DNA of 63,139 nucleotides, the filler included, from Parachlamydiales bacterium (GTDB lineage: Bacteria > Chlamydiota > Chlamydiia > Chlamydiales > Parachlamydiaceae), in the NCBI GenBank assembly GCA_020051075.1. It is 4 parts of 4 records of this genome, joined end to end, with 100 filler letters (N's around TTAATTAATTAA, not from the genome) between each part and the next. Parts side by side here need not be neighbours in the genome. Positions count along the whole stretch, not along the records: positions 53,317 to 63,139 come from JAGVJP010000067.1; 3 more parts are not named here. One strand, 5' to 3'. Made by a program: the position numbers and the translations under genes. Shown here piece after piece: positions 59,633-63,139 of this stretch (position 1 is its first letter; each line of letters begins with the position of its first letter). A model generated the notes under the pieces. It had not been told where the DNA came from, did no database searches, and saw nothing but the letters and a program-made list of their open reading frames with translations.

Positions 59633-62419
59633 TTAAGGGGTTATTAGGTTAGGGTTTGCTGTATTGGGAACAATTCCTCCAACAGGATTTGGGATTAGGT
59701 CGAGTTTCATTCTTGCGGTTTGCCTTGCAATGAATCGTAAAATCTCATCCTGCTTTAAAACAGAAAATTTTTGCAAGAGTAATTCGAGAGAATTTCCTCC
59801 CTCGCTGATCATAGATTGCAGTTCGGTTTTGCGTATCCCTAATTGTGATTCCAGGATATAGAGCGTTTCATCGCTGAGCAGGTCGAAATCGCTATTCTTT
59901 AACGCGTCATTGAAAGCAGTGAGGCTGTCAAAAGCCTCAAGTCTTTCACGAGTAGGGTGGATTGGACCAATAAAAGGATTCTGAGGAGAGTCCGCTTCTT
60001 TTCGCGCTTTACCAATCTGTAATGAGGCATTTTTTGCAAAATCTTGCCAGCCGAGGCTTCCCAATTTCTTCTCTAAATTATCCACTCGTTCGGTCCATTT
60101 AGCAGCAGAAATCTGACTTGCTTCATAATCAGCTTTAGCTTTTTGGAAGTTTGTACTCGCTTCCCTGAGGTCTGCTTGATGTCTTGGATCATTTTGCAAA
60201 TTTTGAGTCGAAACCTGAGTCAGACTATCAATCAAAGCGGCTTGTGTCTTAACTTTTTCAGCTTTCGAGTTCATCCTGCTGACAGCAAGCCCTTTCATCA
60301 GACGGTTGGTGATGAGTTTAAAACTCAGTCCTTTATAATGGGCTAGTGTTGTTGCAGGCTTCTTTCTGTAAGATAGAACAAGTTCGGCAACCCAAAAGCC
60401 TAAGCTTAGGGCAATAGGTGCTGCGGCGACGAGCATCAAGATTGCACCAACGCCTCCCAGTGGGAGGGTAGCCAATCCAACAATGAACAATCCGATGCTG
60501 ATTATTGCACAGGCTGTCGTTACTCCAAAAGTGGCTTTTGCTTCCTTGAGGCTCAATTTGATAAATTCGTTTTCGATTTTTAGTTTGTGATCTACGACCT
60601 CTCTGAGAGAGTGTTTCAACGTTTGTTCAATGGTCTGATGTTTGTCGATATATAGTTTGATTAAATCTTCTTTATTCGATGTTTCTAATTGCCCAAACCA
60701 ATCATCGTAAGCTCCTTCCAGAGCTTCTGCATTTTTCAGGAGATATTGCACGACTTCTTTGTACTCTTTCTCTTCCTCAATACTTAGCTCTTGAGTACCT
60801 TCAGTAATCAATTTAAGTTTGATCAGGATCTTCAGGGTATCGGCGTCTGGATTTAATGCCTCTTCTAACGATTCTTTGTAGTAAGACTTCAAGGCTTCAT
60901 AAATTTTTTCTCGTTTTTGTTCAAATTTTGGAAGGAGAGCAGCCGCTTTTTCTTGTGTCACATTCTTTCGTTTTGCTAATAAATCTTCAGCTGGCACAAC
61001 TCCGGTATTCGTGATCCCTTGATGTTGAATGGTTAATTTGATTAATTCATCTGGGTTAGTGGCTTTTGTTTGATCAAACCAAGTTTGATACCAAGTGTCG
61101 AGATATTTTATACTTGCTGGATTTGATGGGACGACACTTAGTCCTTGTACGATTTCACGAAATTTTTTAAGATCGCCAGCAGATAATTTATCTTTAGATT
61201 TGATAATTTTTAATTCAATTAACTTGTTTAGTAATTTTGTGCTTGGAAGATATGCTGCTTCTTCTAAAGAACTCTTGTAATATGATTTCAGGCTTGTGCG
61301 CATCATTGATTTGGTTCGTTCATCATCCACATGGGTGGTTTTGAAGGCCTGAACCTCTGCGTCTGACACTGTTTTGGAGGTAGACAACGCTGAGAGGCTG
61401 ATACTTGTAACGCGAAACTCATGATCCAGTTCTTGATTTGCCTTTGCGTTTGGATTCTTTAGGCTCTCCAATTCTTCTTCTGTGAGGTCGATAGTCCGGC
61501 CCTCGAATTGGGCGATAGCTTGTTTTTGCCAAGCAGAGAATTCAGCTTGCCATGCAGAAAACGTTTGATCGTCTTCTATTTTTTCTTTCATTTCCAAATA
61601 AGCGTGTACTGCCAGAGCTGAAGCTCCTACTGCTTCCAGACCTGGAATGAGTTTTGAACCTGCATGAACACCTGCAATCCCTGCGCTAGCAAATTCTGCT
61701 AGAGAGCCGACTCCTGAGGCGATTGCTTGGCCGATGAATAAATTAAATTCGCCTTCAAAAAGTTCTGTTTCGGCATTCAGTGCTGCACTCCATTCATTAA
61801 TTCCTCTTTTTGCATTTTCAAATTCTTGTTCAGTAAGTTGGTTTGCTTGACGCAGTCTAGTGATTTCGGTTTTAGCTGCATTAAGGGCACTACCCGATGC
61901 ATCGAGCAATTTTTGCTTATAATACAAAACGGCTATCCCAGCACCGGTGTTAGCGACCTCGATCAAGGCAGCACCTAAGACGGCAATATTTTTTGTGATT
62001 TCAAAAAAGTCTTGGACTCTACCCAGTTCTGCCATTTCCGGAGGAAGGATGCTTTCTAAAAATTCCAAGCCGCTCTTTACCGCTTCTGTGCCATTCCCTG
62101 CATAGAATTCGAAAAGCTCGCGCAACTCTGAAGACATTATCGCAATATCTCCACCATTTTCTAAGATAGAGAGCATTGCTTCGCATTTTTCGACTGTTTG
62201 ATTGTCTCCTGTATCAAGAGCGGCTGCTTTCTTTAGTTCAAGTTGTTTAATGACCAATGCAGGGAGGGGCTGTGATGTTGCTTCTGTTGAAGTTGGATGA
62301 ATGCCATGTGTATCGTCAACTGGAACTAGATTAGTCTCCGTAGGAGTTGTAATGACCTGAGTAGATTGGAATATGCTATTGTTGTTTAATGGACTATTAA
62401 CTGATGTTGAATCTTGCAT
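59633..62419 (-). CDS. Hypothetical large protein with hydrophobic hairpins and internal duplication (distant paralogue 3)
   Basis: S/T/N/P-rich N-terminus; LKSYYKxSLEEA duplicated; hydrophobic hairpin then RKKP. Confidence 0.8.
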   Translation of the reverse strand: MQDSTSVNSPLNNNSIFQSTQVITTPTETNLVPVDDTHGIHPTSTEATSQPLPALVIKQLELKKAAALDTGDNQTVEKCEAMLSILENGGDIAIMSSELRELFEFYAGNGTEAVKSGLEFLESILPPEMAELGRVQDFFEITKNIAVLGAALIEVANTGAGIAVLYYKQKLLDASGSALNAAKTEITRLRQANQLTEQEFENAKRGINEWSAALNAETELFEGEFNLFIGQAIASGVGSLAEFASAGIAGVHAGSKLIPGLEAVGASALAVHAYLEMKEKIEDDQTFSAWQAEFSAWQKQAIAQFEGRTIDLTEEELESLKNPNAKANQELDHEFRVTSISLSALSTSKTVSDAEVQAFKTTHVDDERTKSMMRTSLKSYYKSSLEEAAYLPSTKLLNKLIELKIIKSKDKLSAGDLKKFREIVQGLSVVPSNPASIKYLDTWYQTWFDQTKATNPDELIKLTIQHQGITNTGVVPAEDLLAKRKNVTQEKAAALLPKFEQKREKIYEALKSYYKESLEEALNPDADTLKILIKLKLITEGTQELSIEEEKEYKEVVQYLLKNAEALEGAYDDWFGQLETSNKEDLIKLYIDKHQTIEQTLKHSLREVVDHKLKIENEFIKLSLKEAKATFGVTTACAIISIGLFIVGLATLPLGGVGAILMLVAAAPIALSLGFWVAELVLSYRKKPATTLAHYKGLSFKLITNRLMKGLAVSRMNSKAEKVKTQAALIDSLTQVSTQNLQNDPRHQADLREASTNFQKAKADYEASQISAAKWTERVDNLEKKLGSLGWQDFAKNASLQIGKARKEADSPQNPFIGPIHPTRERLEAFDSLTAFNDALKNSDFDLLSDETLYILESQLGIRKTELQSMISEGGNSLELLLQKFSVLKQDEILRFIARQTARMKLDLIPNPVGGIVPNTANPNLITP

Positions 62420-62569
62420 AATACAACCTATAATTTAAATTACTGTCTGCTTATTTCAATATAACTATTATAACAGTGTATTATTTGGTTTTTTTAAAGG
62501 TGTGTATAAAGATCTTAATAATGAGATTTTTTGCCGATGATAAACGCAGATGTGGGGAGTCGCAGAGGA

Positions 62570-62745
62570 ACAGGATGAGCAAGATCGTCACAAGATAAGC
62601 AGGATCTCCACTTCCAAAGACATAAAAACGGGATAGGCAGGATCGCTTCGCGGCAGGATAGAGAGGATAAATAAGATAAAGATTTTAGACAAAGTTAAGA
62701 GAAAAAATGAAAAAAGCTATTTTTTATCTTCCCCATCCTTCCCAT
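62570..62745. repeat. Family A element (left arm, degenerate right arm)
   Basis: GGATAGGCAGGATCGCTTCGCGGCAGGATAG at about 62631-62661. Confidence 0.8.
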
Positions 62746-62869
62746 ATGCATAGCAGGCTAATTTAGAGAAATCGGATTTAAACAGTTTATAATATCTGGT
62801 TTAAACGCGGGTTTTGGATAAACTGTCACTCTTTCGCTGCTACCGCAGCTCTCTATTGTCTTGGGTCTT

Positions 62870-63065
62870 GACCCCACGTTCCGGTCGCGAAGCTCGCTAC
62901 AAGCGGGGCTTCCCACTTGAGTCGCTACCGCGACAAGCATAACTCTTCAGCACCTATTGCAATAATGACTGATGTGGGTTTGGGAAACAGGAGAATTGTT
63001 GTTTGTCGCGGTAGCGACTCAAGTGGGAAGCCCCGCGTGTAGCATACTTGTACCCACATCTTTTT
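62870..63065. repeat. 41-bp-arm inverted repeat flanked by family B end sequences
   Basis: Arms 62896-62936 and 63003-63043 (1 mismatch); followed by TACTTGTACCCACATC. Confidence 0.85.
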
Positions 63066-63139
63066 GCCATGCGCATCAGTCTAAAACCTTTGCCCTCTTG
63101 CAACCCTTCAGGCTGCGATATTTAACTTATTCATACCCA

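Noticed and set aside
1..63139. CRISPR array interpretation of the recurring repeats
   Set aside because: Repeats are inverted and dispersed, not regularly spaced direct repeats with unique spacers; no cas genes seen.

Overview
Four unrelated contigs of a draft bacterial genome, joined by artificial 100-nt spacers (N-run + TTAATTAATTAA + N-run at 18543-18642, 28218-28317, 53217-53316), so adjacency across spacers is meaningless. The lpxD-ompH-bamA / recR / fabH-fabD-fabG block next to pdhABC matches the conserved Chlamydiae gene neighbourhood; with the effector-like genes this points to an environmental (Parachlamydia-like) chlamydia (inference). Contig 1 (1-18542): metNIQ, threonine aldolase, csaA, AAA ATPase, a LysR-associated HD-NUDIX + nucleoside-deoxyribosyltransferase-like module, BBE-type oxidase, NSS transporter with a candidate leader peptide, M42 peptidase, eukaryote/archaea-type TrpRS, orphan hicB with a deleted hicA, beta-carbonic anhydrase. 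Contig 2 (18643-28217): accessory region with a triple GNAT, kinases carrying signal-like N-termini, TspO, DoxX, toxin-antitoxin debris and a MITE with a 9-bp TSD. Contig 3 (28318-53216): RHS start, SulP, msrAB, core genes, a repeat-bracketed two-component insert and a proline-rich RhoGAP-like effector candidate. Contig 4 (53317-63139): yajC and three paralogous effector-like proteins around a T3SS chaperone-like gene. At least five families of intergenic palindromic (REP/REPIN/MITE-like) elements recur. No rRNA, tRNA or CRISPR array was recognised.
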